NCBI RefSeq assembly: GCF_900547735.1 | Contig: NZ_URHZ01000017.1 | Span: 5,679-69,678, forward strand | Direction: 5' to 3' | Source of the DNA: an uncultured Clostridium sp. | GTDB lineage: Bacteria; Bacillota; Clostridia; Lachnospirales; Lachnospiraceae | Length of the DNA stretch: 64,000 nucleotides | Shown: positions 12,615-22,284 of the stretch, in pieces | How the letters are laid out: every line of letters starts with the position of its first letter | How positions within the stretch are numbered: the stretch's first letter is position 1 | Translations under genes and position numbers: made by a program | Notes under the pieces: generated by a model | The model's database searches: none | Told to the model about the DNA's origin: nothing | The model's input: the letters and a program-made list of their open reading frames with translations, nothing else

Positions 12615-14273
12615 ATGAGCATTCGCAATTCCATGTGTCGGTTGTTTTTCGCACTCGTTGTTCCTCCTTTTTTACTTTTTATGGTCCTGGTTGCCTATCT
12701 GTTTTCCAATAAAATGGAAAAAGTAATTACCGACAGCCTTCAGGTTGTGGCCAATGCCCAGGCAGCGGAGATGACGGACTTTTGCGAACAGCAGAGAGAT
12801 TATCTGACCGTCATGGGAAACATGAATATGTCGAGGGCGGCCATGCGCGGCCAGCTTAATGATGAAATGCAGGGATATCTGGATAATATGCTGGAGGCCC
12901 GCGTCCAGACAATGGGATATCTGGACGCAATTGCGATCATTGACAAAGACCGCCGCGTGGCTGCATGCGGTGTACAGCATGATGTATTTGCCAATGAAGG
13001 GATTGATCCCCTGATAGAAATGATGGGAGATAAACCGTTTTACATTTCTGATACGATGCCGGATGAAGAAGGAAATAAGACTCTGGTGGCGATAGCAAAA
13101 ATTGAAGACGGGGAAGAAGTATTAGGCTATGTTCTGGCGGAACTATGCACCGATTTCTATGAAACCATCAGGGAACGGGCAGAGCTGTGGAACGAATCCA
13201 CCTTTTACCTGCTGGATGGGAAGGGAAAGATTATCAGTGCGGGCACTTCCGATGAAAACCGGGATTCCTTTGTCACGACGGAGGCGGAACGGAAAAACTA
13301 CACCGCGAAATACGGCTCAATTGATTTTGCGCTGCATCCTCAGGGCAGTTTCCGTTATAAGGTCGGCGGAACGGATTATATTACTTATTATTCCAACCTG
13401 GAATATACGAACTGGCGTGTTATGCTGTCGGTCAATTTAAGCGCCTACCAGAGCCAGAAAACGGTTTACTATATGATGATCTGCTTTATTCTGCTGCTCT
13501 GGTTTATGCTGGCGGCGGGAATCGGCTGGTTTGCATCACACCGGATTGTCCATCCGATAAAAAATATTTCCGACACATTGAATTCCATCCGGGAAAGACA
13601 GGATTATTCCCCGCGCGTCGAGGTTGGAAAGAAGGATGAGCTGGGAGCGCTGGCAGCGGAGGTCAACGGTCTGCTGGAATTTATAGAGACGGAAAATCTC
13701 TACAAGATGCAGCAGCAGCGCCTTCTTCAGGAGCGCGCCGGGCGGGATGCCCTGACAAAAGTCTTTAACCGGGAACGGATCAGCCAGTCTATCCGGGATG
13801 CGGTTGAGCGCCACAGAAACGCGCATACAGGACTGGCGGTATTGTTTGTGGATATCGACGACTTTAAGGACTTTAACAATAATTACGGACACAATGTCGG
13901 AGATCAGGCTCTGATGTTCTTCGCATCTGTCCTTGAGAGAGAGACAAACGGAACGGTGGGAAGGGTTGGAGGCGATGAGTTCGTAATCCTGATAGAAAGC
14001 CCCGGGGATATGGCGGAGATGGAAGAGCGGCTGGTGCAGGTAGAGAAAACGGCGGCGGAACGGTTTGTGCTGCGCGGCAGCGGAGTGCATCTGCCGGTTT
14101 ATTGCTGTATCGGCGCCGTAACCGTTGATTTTTCAGTATACGATGCCGTGGAACTGACATGTGAGAAACTGATGGATATGGCGGATCATGCAATGTATCA
14201 GATGAAAAATGGCGGAAAGCATGGCCATGTAATATTGGAATATTCGGAAAAAGCAGGGAGCCGGGAGGTCTGA
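12615..14273 (+). CDS. Membrane diguanylate cyclase (TM, Cache-like sensor, TM, HAMP, GGDEF)
   Basis: Two TM segments; HAMP (PIKNI...DELGAL); DALT, DIDDFKDFNNNYGH..GD, intact GGDEF; GAGGT SD before ATG 12615. Confidence 0.92.
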   Translation: MSIRNSMCRLFFALVVPPFLLFMVLVAYLFSNKMEKVITDSLQVVANAQAAEMTDFCEQQRDYLTVMGNMNMSRAAMRGQLNDEMQGYLDNMLEARVQTMGYLDAIAIIDKDRRVAACGVQHDVFANEGIDPLIEMMGDKPFYISDTMPDEEGNKTLVAIAKIEDGEEVLGYVLAELCTDFYETIRERAELWNESTFYLLDGKGKIISAGTSDENRDSFVTTEAERKNYTAKYGSIDFALHPQGSFRYKVGGTDYITYYSNLEYTNWRVMLSVNLSAYQSQKTVYYMMICFILLLWFMLAAGIGWFASHRIVHPIKNISDTLNSIRERQDYSPRVEVGKKDELGALAAEVNGLLEFIETENLYKMQQQRLLQERAGRDALTKVFNRERISQSIRDAVERHRNAHTGLAVLFVDIDDFKDFNNNYGHNVGDQALMFFASVLERETNGTVGRVGGDEFVILIESPGDMAEMEERLVQVEKTAAERFVLRGSGVHLPVYCCIGAVTVDFSVYDAVELTCEKLMDMADHAMYQMKNGGKHGHVILEYSEKAGSREV

Positions 14274-14290
14274 AAGACTTAAGGCTCCCT

Positions 14291-14336
14291 TTTTATTGAG
14301 TGGCAATGAAAAGTTCGCGAGGCGTTCTTTTCGTTG
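14291..14336. repeat. Dispersed 46-bp hairpin repeat, copy 1
   Basis: TTTTATTGAGTGGCAATGAAAAGTTCGCGAGGCGTTCTTTTCGTTG; matches 56631-56676 with 2 mismatches. Confidence 0.85.
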
Positions 14337-14508
14337 GTGAGCGGCGGCAGACCGCTCGGTTAAAAACACTGCAATTTTCTATCGAATTGTCCGCGGTAAA
14401 AAGACATGCGGCTAAGCCGGGAAGAAAGGTGATATTGTATTTTTCCCCCGTAATATGGTATGATAGACCTGCTAAATCTGAAACGTTCATGCACATACGG
14501 GGGGAGCT

Positions 14509-15921
14509 ATGAAAATTCGGGTCAGGTATTTCAACAAAAAGAAGTTTTTTTCGGGCTGCGTTTTACTGCTGCTTGGAATCTGTATGCCATATTTTCTGAC
14601 AATCAATATGTGGAATATTCCGGAAAAAGCCTATGACGCCATCGTCACACGGGACAAGCTGGAATTGTGGACGGCGGGAATGAAGCTGGGGGCGCTGAAT
14701 TCCATCCGCGCATTTCCCCATTATTTCGGGGCGTTTATTATTGCTGAATCCATCGAGCTGGACAGCGACCACAAGATCACAAAGTGGCTGAAATCGGCCA
14801 TTGTCTTCTGCATCATCCCATTAATTTATACGATTATCAGCGTGGTCCACCAAATTAAGTATGATTTTGGAATACCGGCGCTGTCTCTTATCATTCTGCT
14901 GATTCTGCTGGGGAAAAATGATTATAATTACGTCAGTCTGTGGAAAAAAGCCATGCTGATTCTGGTGTTTCTGTCGGCGCTCCAGTTTCTGGATATCATG
15001 CCCTGCCTGAAGGGACTTCCCACGGGCCGGGGGGAGATGTCGAGGGACATCAAGATCATTGCCGAGTTTCTGGAGATGGAACCCGAGATGAACGGGACCG
15101 TGGCGATATTCTTCGCCCTTTTGATGTTTATGGGGGTGCTTCTCTTTCTGCTGATCCGGGATGAGAATAACCTGAAGGCGATGAATGAGCTGAAGGCCCA
15201 GAACGAGAGGATGGTCATGGATACCAGGCTCCGTGTCCTGGAGAACCGGACCTATCTGGAAATGCGCCATCTGGTCCACGATCTCAAGTCTCCGCTGACA
15301 TCGGCCCAGGCGCTGGTGGGCGTGGTGCGGATGTCCTGCGATTCCAGGCAGATGTCAAAGGAATCGGGATATTTAAGCCAGGTGGAATCGGCCATTGAGA
15401 AGATGAGCGGGATGATTTCCGAGATTCTTTATGAGAATCACAGGACCAGGATTTCGACGGAAGAAATACTGGATTCCGTTTTAGCCCAGATTTCCGTTTC
15501 GGAGTATTCGTCCCTGGTCCATGTCTCGAACCGGGTTCCGGAAAAATACCTGCTTGTCAATAAAATACGGTTTTCAAGAGCGCTTATCAACCTGATTGAA
15601 AACTCGTTCTATGCCCTTGCGGAGGATGGCGGGAGCATTGATTTTATTGTGGATAAGGCCGGTTCAGACGGAGAAGGGGAGATCTGTTTTAATATAACCG
15701 ACAACGGAAAAGGAATCGATGAGGACACGCTGTCACTCATCTGGGAACGGGGATTTACCACCAGAAGCTCCCACGGCCTGGGCCTGAGCTTTGTAAAGAA
15801 AGTGGTGACGGATTCGGGCGGGACGATAGCGATAGACAGCGAGATCGGAAAAGGGACAAGCATTGTACTGAGATTGCCCGAGGATAAAGAGGAGGAGTAT
15901 GATGAGCAGCAGTGTAATTAA
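14509..15921 (+). CDS. Sensor histidine kinase with multi-TM N-terminal input domain
   Basis: H-box HDLKSPL, N-box NLIENS, DNGKG, GFTT, GLGL; several hydrophobic helices in the N-half. Confidence 0.93.
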   Translation: MKIRVRYFNKKKFFSGCVLLLLGICMPYFLTINMWNIPEKAYDAIVTRDKLELWTAGMKLGALNSIRAFPHYFGAFIIAESIELDSDHKITKWLKSAIVFCIIPLIYTIISVVHQIKYDFGIPALSLIILLILLGKNDYNYVSLWKKAMLILVFLSALQFLDIMPCLKGLPTGRGEMSRDIKIIAEFLEMEPEMNGTVAIFFALLMFMGVLLFLLIRDENNLKAMNELKAQNERMVMDTRLRVLENRTYLEMRHLVHDLKSPLTSAQALVGVVRMSCDSRQMSKESGYLSQVESAIEKMSGMISEILYENHRTRISTEEILDSVLAQISVSEYSSLVHVSNRVPEKYLLVNKIRFSRALINLIENSFYALAEDGGSIDFIVDKAGSDGEGEICFNITDNGKGIDEDTLSLIWERGFTTRSSHGLGLSFVKKVVTDSGGTIAIDSEIGKGTSIVLRLPEDKEEEYDEQQCN

Positions 15922-16531
15922 AATTCTGTTGATTGATGATGAGCCTGAGATTCTCTGCGCGCTGAAAGCGGTGCTTGAGACACAGGGGTGGGAGGGGCTG
16001 ATGGCCCAGAACGTCAGGCAGGCGCTGGAATTGTATGAGAAGAGCGCGCCGGATCTTATTCTGATTGACTACCACATGCCGCATATCAATGGGGTGGAGG
16101 GAGTGAAAATGTTCCGGAAAATCGATCCGGACATTCCCATCATTGTATTTACGATAGACGAGGACCAGGGCATTGCCGATAAGTTTCTGGAGGCGGGCGC
16201 CAGTGATTTTGCCACAAAGCCGATCAAGGCGCCGGATATTATTTCCAGAATCCGTGTCCATATCAGGCTGATGGAGAGCAAAAAGGCAAAGAAGAATGAG
16301 TACGAACCGTTTATCGTCAAGGGTATCGGAACCTCTACGATGGAGCTGATCAAGGACGCGATGAGGGGGCAGACGCAGTATCTTACCGTGGAGGAAATTT
16401 CAGAGAAAACGGGGCTTGCCTATCAGACGACGTACCGCTATCTCCAGCACCTTACCTCGGAAGAAAAAGTGGATGTAAAGAGCAGTTACGGCAAGAAAGG
16501 AAGACCGAAACAGAGCTATTTACTGCTGTAA
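15899..16531 (+). CDS. Response regulator, receiver plus HTH (CitB/DcuR-like)
   Basis: IDDE, DYHMP, KP receiver motifs; C-terminal TTYRYLQHL...YGKKGRP. Confidence 0.9.
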   Translation: MMSSSVIKILLIDDEPEILCALKAVLETQGWEGLMAQNVRQALELYEKSAPDLILIDYHMPHINGVEGVKMFRKIDPDIPIIVFTIDEDQGIADKFLEAGASDFATKPIKAPDIISRIRVHIRLMESKKAKKNEYEPFIVKGIGTSTMELIKDAMRGQTQYLTVEEISEKTGLAYQTTYRYLQHLTSEEKVDVKSSYGKKGRPKQSYLLL

Positions 16532-16549
16532 ATTGTATGAAATTATTAG

Positions 16550-16608
16550 AAAAGAGCTGTTTTGAAATGATTTTATAGTTAAAATCACGAAAAAACAGCT
16601 CCTTTTTT
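16550..16608 (+). terminator. Terminator after the two-component system
   Basis: GAGCTGTTTT..TGATTTTA / TAAAATCA..AAAACAGCTC stem followed by a T tract. Confidence 0.6.
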
Positions 16609-16704
16609 GTCTATTTCAACGAGAGATAAATAAGAGAAAAAATAGAAGTTTGGGATGGCCTATGATACTATGATTTTAACAAAAAAATAACGCAGGAGGG
16701 AAAT

Positions 16705-17349
16705 ATGAGAAAGAAATCAGTTGCAGTTTTAATGTGCCTGGCGCTGGCTATGGCAGTGAGTGGATGTGGGGAAAAGACTTCCCAGGGAGGCGGCCAGCCG
16801 GCGGCTGCGCAGACACAGGACGCAGGCGGAGAGGCTCAAACAGCCGCGGAGGTTGAAGGACTCAAGGAGGCGATCGCCGAAGGGCCGGTTCTTCTGACTT
16901 CTGTAGGACAGAGCGCCGATTATGAGATGGTTAAGACGATGCTGGATAAAAACAACATCAAGTGTGAGAAAAACAGCCTTGCCACCTCGGCGGATCTGGA
17001 AGGGATTAAAACGCTGATGCTGGCCGTGGGAGGTTCCTCCAAAGGACTTGGAGCCGCCGGAATCGATGCAAACGGTGAACTGGAGCGCGTGGCAGAACTG
17101 ATCGGCGCGGCGGATGAGCAGGGAATCGTCATCATCGCGGTGCATGTGGGCGGAGAGGCCAGGCGCGGTGATTTATCCGATAAATTCATTGCACCGAGTT
17201 TTGAAAAAGCAGACTATGCCATCGTAGTGGCGGACGGAGATAAGGACGGCCTCATGAAGGGACTTGCGGCACAGGCGGGAATTCCTTTCGACGAGGTGAG
17301 CAGCATGGCCGACGTGGTTCCGAAACTGGGCGCCGCATTTAAATCTTAA
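16705..17349 (+). CDS. Lipoprotein, DUF6305-like; candidate solute-binding partner of the downstream permease
   Basis: Lipobox VSGC; LTSVGQSAD, GGSSKGLGAAGI, HVGGEARRG motifs (family recognised from memory). Confidence 0.7.
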   Translation: MRKKSVAVLMCLALAMAVSGCGEKTSQGGGQPAAAQTQDAGGEAQTAAEVEGLKEAIAEGPVLLTSVGQSADYEMVKTMLDKNNIKCEKNSLATSADLEGIKTLMLAVGGSSKGLGAAGIDANGELERVAELIGAADEQGIVIIAVHVGGEARRGDLSDKFIAPSFEKADYAIVVADGDKDGLMKGLAAQAGIPFDEVSSMADVVPKLGAAFKS

Positions 17350-17366
17350 GTTTCAGGGGGTTACAT

Positions 17367-18644
17367 ATGAGTATTGAGCTGATAATATTTTTAGCCATGG
17401 TGATTGTGTTCGTGGCAGGCTGCTTCCTTTTGAAGCTGCCCGTAAGTCTTTCCATGGTGCTGGCGGCTGTTGTCGGAGCCCTTGTGGGAGGATACGGTTT
17501 TCCGCTCCGTCATCTGATTGAGGGAACCTTCTCCTACGTGGATACGATTCTGGTTATTACGACCGCCATGATTTTCATGAAAGTGATTCAGGAGTCGGGA
17601 GCGCTGGATGCGCTGTCTTCCCTGATTATTGAGAAGTTCCATAAGGCACCGGCCCTGCTGGTCTGCCTGATTATGCTGGTCATTATGTTTCCGGGTATGA
17701 TTACCGGTTCTTCCACCGCAGCGGTTCTTTCTGCCGGTTCCATTATGGCCCCGGTGCTGATGCTTATCGGAATTCCGCAGCTTGAAACGGCCTGTATCCT
17801 GGCCATGGGCGGAATCCTGGGAATGATAGCTCCGCCGGTCAACATTCCGGCCATGATTATTGGAGGCGGAATTGATATTCCTTATGTCGGTTTTGAACTT
17901 CCCCTTGCGCTTCTGACATTTCCGCTTGCATTCGTTTTTGCCCTGATGTTCGGATTAAAATATGTGAAAAAGCTGGAATACGAAGTAATCAGGGAAAAAC
18001 TAAACCATGAGCCGGGCGAGAAATTCGGATTTAAAATTTACATCCCGATTTTTGTGGCGATGATTCTGATGGTCCTTAACAAGACGGTTCCATCACTCCC
18101 CAACCTGGGAATGCCGCTGATTTTCATGATTGCCTCGGTGACGGGACTGTTCACCGGCTACAAAATCAATGTGCAGAAGGTGTGTAAGGACGCGGTCCAG
18201 AGTGTGCTTCCTGTTCTGGGAATCCTGATGGGCGTCGGAATGTTTATTCAGATTATGACACTGACGGGCGTGCGCGGCTTTATTGTAACAACCTGCCTCA
18301 GCCTTCCGAACGGTTTCTTATATCTGGCGATGGCGGTTACCATTCCGCTGTTCGGCGCAGTATCTTCCTACGGAGCGGCCTCCGTGCTGGGAGTACCGTT
18401 CCTGCTGGCCTTCCTGAGCAAGAACCAGATTATCACGGCGGCAGCCATTTCACTGATTGCTTCACTGGGAGACATGATGCCTCCGACGGCGCTGGCAGGA
18501 ATCTTTGCAGCCCAGGTAGTCGGTCTCGACAAGTATACAAAAGTGCTTAAAAAGTGTATGATTCCGTCTCTGATGATTATTGTCTGGGCCATTGCATTTA
18601 TTCTTCTTGCTAATGTTCTGGCGCCGTATATCGTGATTAAATAG
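17367..18644 (+). CDS. TRAP large-permease-like (DctM / ion-transporter superfamily) membrane protein
   Basis: About 12 TM; GMITGSSTA, GMIAPPVNIP, GDMMPPTA motifs. Confidence 0.85.
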   Translation: MSIELIIFLAMVIVFVAGCFLLKLPVSLSMVLAAVVGALVGGYGFPLRHLIEGTFSYVDTILVITTAMIFMKVIQESGALDALSSLIIEKFHKAPALLVCLIMLVIMFPGMITGSSTAAVLSAGSIMAPVLMLIGIPQLETACILAMGGILGMIAPPVNIPAMIIGGGIDIPYVGFELPLALLTFPLAFVFALMFGLKYVKKLEYEVIREKLNHEPGEKFGFKIYIPIFVAMILMVLNKTVPSLPNLGMPLIFMIASVTGLFTGYKINVQKVCKDAVQSVLPVLGILMGVGMFIQIMTLTGVRGFIVTTCLSLPNGFLYLAMAVTIPLFGAVSSYGAASVLGVPFLLAFLSKNQIITAAAISLIASLGDMMPPTALAGIFAAQVVGLDKYTKVLKKCMIPSLMIIVWAIAFILLANVLAPYIVIK

Positions 18645-18659
18645 AGGGAGGGATCGGGT

Positions 18660-18806
18660 ATGATTACATTGATTTACAGAGGAATTGTGGCACTTGTCCT
18701 GATATTTACCGTCTGGAACCTGTTTGACGAAAAAAAGATTACACTGCAGGCCAACGCGGCTCTCGTTGTAATTCCGCTGATACTGAGATTATTAATGATT
18801 AAATAA
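18660..18806 (+). CDS. 48-aa two-helix membrane microprotein, absent from the ORF track
   Basis: GAGGGAGG SD; MITLIYRGIVALVLIFTVWNLFDEKKITLQANAALVVIPLILRLLMIK; fills the gap exactly and its stop abuts the next SD (TAAGGAGG). Confidence 0.85.
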   Translation: MITLIYRGIVALVLIFTVWNLFDEKKITLQANAALVVIPLILRLLMIK

Positions 18807-18816
18807 GGAGGCAGAC

Positions 18817-19962
18817 ATGAAGAAAAACCATATTACAGCGGCTGTCTGCCTGGCGGCGGCGCTTCTGGTGGCAGCGGTGACGGGACAGAATTTTGCGTCA
18901 CTGAAGAATCTCGGGGAGATTAAACCGGGACCGGGTGTGACGGGCACAAAGATGCTATCCGAGTATTTTGACGGCATCAAAGGCACGAACATGGACACGG
19001 AAGTCTATGTGATGGAGGGAGAAAAACCGGGTGGCAAGGCGCTGATTCTCGGAGGAACCCATGGTAATGAACCGGCCGGATATATGGCGGCCATTACATT
19101 TATTGAAACGGCGAAGGTGGAAGAGGGAACGGTCTACGTGATTCCCTTTACCAACCGAAGCGGAATGACCCACAACGATCCGCAGGAGGCGTCCCCACAG
19201 TATATGCACATTACAACGCCCAGCGGAGAGCGGAAATTCCGCTATGGCTCCAGGGCTTCCAATCCGGTTGACCAGTGGCCGGATCCGGATGTTTATGTGC
19301 ATGCGGCCTCCGGGCAGCAGCTCTCCGGCTCGGAGACAAGAAACATCAACCGGGCATACCCGGGAAAGCCGGACGGCAATTCTACGGAAAAGGCGGCCTA
19401 TGCGATAGCGGAGATGATCCGGGCGGAAGGCGTGGACGAAACCTTTGACCTTCACGAGGCATCCCCGGAGTACCCGGTTATCAACGCGACGGTTTCCCAT
19501 GAAAAGGGAATGTCGCTGGCGGCCAGCGGAATGATGGAACTGACCTTTGCGGGCATCCAGATGTCCCTGGAACCGTCGCCGACCAACCTGCACGGCCTGA
19601 CACACAGGGAGCTGGGCGATTATACGGACACCATCCCGCTGCTGATGGAGACTGCCAATGCATCACAGGGACGTCTGCGCGGGGCGACCAATGAGAAACT
19701 GGCCCTGACGGGCAAAGACAAGGCGTATGTCAAGAGCGCGAAGCTGGGGTTTCTGTATGTTCCCTACGATGAGAACGGGCACCCCATTGAGGAGAGAGTC
19801 GGAAGACATCTCCAGGGAGTCATCGAGTATACGAACGCATACAACCAGCTGTACCCGGACAACCAGATTGTTTTCTCGGAAGTTCCGACTTATACGGAAC
19901 TGTTCGTGGATTCGGACGGCTCGGATCTGGGAGGAAACAGACTGGGAAGTTTCCTGAACTAG
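18817..19962 (+). CDS. Exported M14-clan zinc hydrolase (succinylglutamate desuccinylase / aspartoacylase family)
   Basis: N-terminal hydrophobic signal; GGTHGNE (HxxE), NINRAYPG, DLHE, LMET. Confidence 0.88.
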   Translation: MKKNHITAAVCLAAALLVAAVTGQNFASLKNLGEIKPGPGVTGTKMLSEYFDGIKGTNMDTEVYVMEGEKPGGKALILGGTHGNEPAGYMAAITFIETAKVEEGTVYVIPFTNRSGMTHNDPQEASPQYMHITTPSGERKFRYGSRASNPVDQWPDPDVYVHAASGQQLSGSETRNINRAYPGKPDGNSTEKAAYAIAEMIRAEGVDETFDLHEASPEYPVINATVSHEKGMSLAASGMMELTFAGIQMSLEPSPTNLHGLTHRELGDYTDTIPLLMETANASQGRLRGATNEKLALTGKDKAYVKSAKLGFLYVPYDENGHPIEERVGRHLQGVIEYTNAYNQLYPDNQIVFSEVPTYTELFVDSDGSDLGGNRLGSFLN

Positions 19963-20031
19963 AGTGTGTGAAGATTGCTTTCAGTCAGACACACTCCGGA
20001 ACGGTAACCTTTTAAAAGAGATTAGGAGGAT

Positions 20032-21846
20032 ATGAATATGAGAAAGAAAAGTTTGGCGCTCTTTTTAGCTGCTGTTCTGGCAACATCCGTTACGGGATGC
20101 CAGACAAAGACCGCGCCGCCGGCCACGGAGGCGGTACAGGAGTCCGCCGTCCAGACGGAAGCGCCTGAGGAAACACAGGAAGCTGCGGCGGAGGAAGATG
20201 GATGGAAACCTTACGACGAGAATGGACAGATTAAGCGCGACGACCGTGACGGAAACGGTAAAAACGGCGTAGTATCCACAGGTAAATATGAGGCGTCGAA
20301 GATAGGAGCCGACATTATTGAGGCCGGAGGAAACGCCGTAGACGCTGCGGTTGCCGTAGGATTTGCCCTGGGCGTATGCGAGCCGCAGTCATCCGGCATC
20401 GGCGGAGGCGGATTTATGTTAATCCATTCGGCGGAGACGGGCGAAAATGTATTTGTAGACTTCCGTGAACCGGCGCCGTCCAAGGCAGAGCCGGGAATGT
20501 GGCCGGTGGACAAAGACGGGGAACTGACGGATGACACAAAATGGCTGGGCGGTCCCGCAGTCGGCGTGCCGGGCGAAGTAAAAGGACTTTTATACGCCCT
20601 GGATACATATGGAACAATGACAAGGGAAGACGTTATGAATCCCGCCATCGAGATGGCTGAGAACGGCTATGAGGTATCGGCTGTCCTGAACCGGGATATG
20701 ATGGAAGAGTTCGAAGTGCTCACCCGCTTCGAGGCCTGCGGTGATATTTACCTGAAAGAGGGATTTCCGTATTCGGTAGGCGATGTGATTAAAAACCCGG
20801 ATCTTGCAAAAACACTCTCCCTGATCCGCGACAACGGCCCGGATGCATTCTACAAGGGAGCAATGGCGGAAGCCATGGTTAAGGCTGTCCAGGAATCGGG
20901 CGGGATCCTGACTCTGGAAGACCTGGCAAACTACGATATCAAGCTCAGGACTCCGGTCAGCGGCACTTACAGGGGATATGAGATTCTCTCCTCCCCGCCT
21001 CCATCATCGGGCGGTACGACAATTGTGGAGATTCTGAACATTCTTGAGAACTTTGATATCAAGGGGATGGGACACAATTCGACGGAGCATCTTCACACAT
21101 TGACGGAAGCTATGAAAATGGCATACAAGGACAGAGGCTTCTTTGCGGCAGATACCGATTTTATCGATGTTCCGCTGACGGGAATGGCCTCCAAAGAATA
21201 TGCAAAGGAACTGGCTTCCCAGATCGACCCTGAAAAGGCGCAGATTTTTGAGCATGGAGATGCATGGGCTTATGAGTCACCACAGACGACCCACTACTCC
21301 ATCATGGATAAACAGGGAAACATTGTCGCTGTAACGAAAACGATCAACTACGTATTCGGTTCCGGCGTGGTTCCGGAGGGATACGGATTCATTATGAACG
21401 ATGAGATGGACGACTTCGACGCCGAGGTCGGCACGGCCAATGAGGTACAGCCGGGCAAACGTCCGATGAGCTCCATGTCACCTACCATTATTCTTAAAGA
21501 CGGAAAGCCGGTTATGACCATCGGCGCGCCGGGTTCCCAGAGAATTATTTCCGGTGTGGCTCAGGTTATCTCTAATGTCATAGACTTTGATATGGATATC
21601 CAGGATGCGATTTCCGCACCGAGAATCCACGCCGGTTCCGACTGGACCACAAGCGATGAGACAATCATGATCGAGACCAGGGTCGACAAAGACGTAATCG
21701 AAGGATTAAAAGCCCTGGGCCATCCGGTACTTGAAACCGGAGACTGGATGGATTATCCGTGCGTGCAGGCTGTGGAGATGCTTCCCGACGGAACGCTGCG
21801 CGGCGGTGCGGATCCGAGGCGTGACGGGAAGGCGGTTGGGTATTAA
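20032..21846 (+). CDS. ggt: Gamma-glutamyltransferase, lipoprotein
   Basis: Lipobox VTGC; GGNAVDAAVA, SGIGGGGF, autoprocessing TTHYS, NDEMDDF, SSMSP, ADPRR. Confidence 0.95.
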   Translation: MNMRKKSLALFLAAVLATSVTGCQTKTAPPATEAVQESAVQTEAPEETQEAAAEEDGWKPYDENGQIKRDDRDGNGKNGVVSTGKYEASKIGADIIEAGGNAVDAAVAVGFALGVCEPQSSGIGGGGFMLIHSAETGENVFVDFREPAPSKAEPGMWPVDKDGELTDDTKWLGGPAVGVPGEVKGLLYALDTYGTMTREDVMNPAIEMAENGYEVSAVLNRDMMEEFEVLTRFEACGDIYLKEGFPYSVGDVIKNPDLAKTLSLIRDNGPDAFYKGAMAEAMVKAVQESGGILTLEDLANYDIKLRTPVSGTYRGYEILSSPPPSSGGTTIVEILNILENFDIKGMGHNSTEHLHTLTEAMKMAYKDRGFFAADTDFIDVPLTGMASKEYAKELASQIDPEKAQIFEHGDAWAYESPQTTHYSIMDKQGNIVAVTKTINYVFGSGVVPEGYGFIMNDEMDDFDAEVGTANEVQPGKRPMSSMSPTIILKDGKPVMTIGAPGSQRIISGVAQVISNVIDFDMDIQDAISAPRIHAGSDWTTSDETIMIETRVDKDVIEGLKALGHPVLETGDWMDYPCVQAVEMLPDGTLRGGADPRRDGKAVGY

Positions 21847-21901
21847 CTGCAGTCAGGGCGACTAAAACAATATAACATTTCTTACGATTCTTTACACTTT
21901 C

Positions 21902-21959
21902 AAAGCCGGGAGAATGAGCCTGTATACACGGGGGTCAGCCATCCCGGCTTTTCTTTTTA
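21902..21959 (+). terminator. Terminator after ggt
   Basis: AAAGCCGGGA...TCCCGGCTTT followed by a T-rich tail. Confidence 0.65.
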
Positions 21960-22284
21960 TTCTATCTTATAAATTTATCTGAGCAGGACCGTTACCGGTC
22001 CTTTTTCTTTTGCCGGAAATCCAAGGAATAACAGGAGTAAAGACAGCCGTGTGCCTGTTGAAAATAGGGTGGTTCAGTGGGTGAATCTAAAGAGAATATT
22101 ATGCTTTTCAGAAATCAGAAGGGAACTTTGACAGGTAATAAACTGTCAGGGTGGTCGAAAAATAACTTTTTGATTACAGGGAAGACAGCGAATATAATGA
22201 ATTTATCGATAAGAACAGGGATCCCACCGGAATAATTATAAATATACGTTTCTCAACAGAAAGGACTTTAAAGGGGTTAACAAC

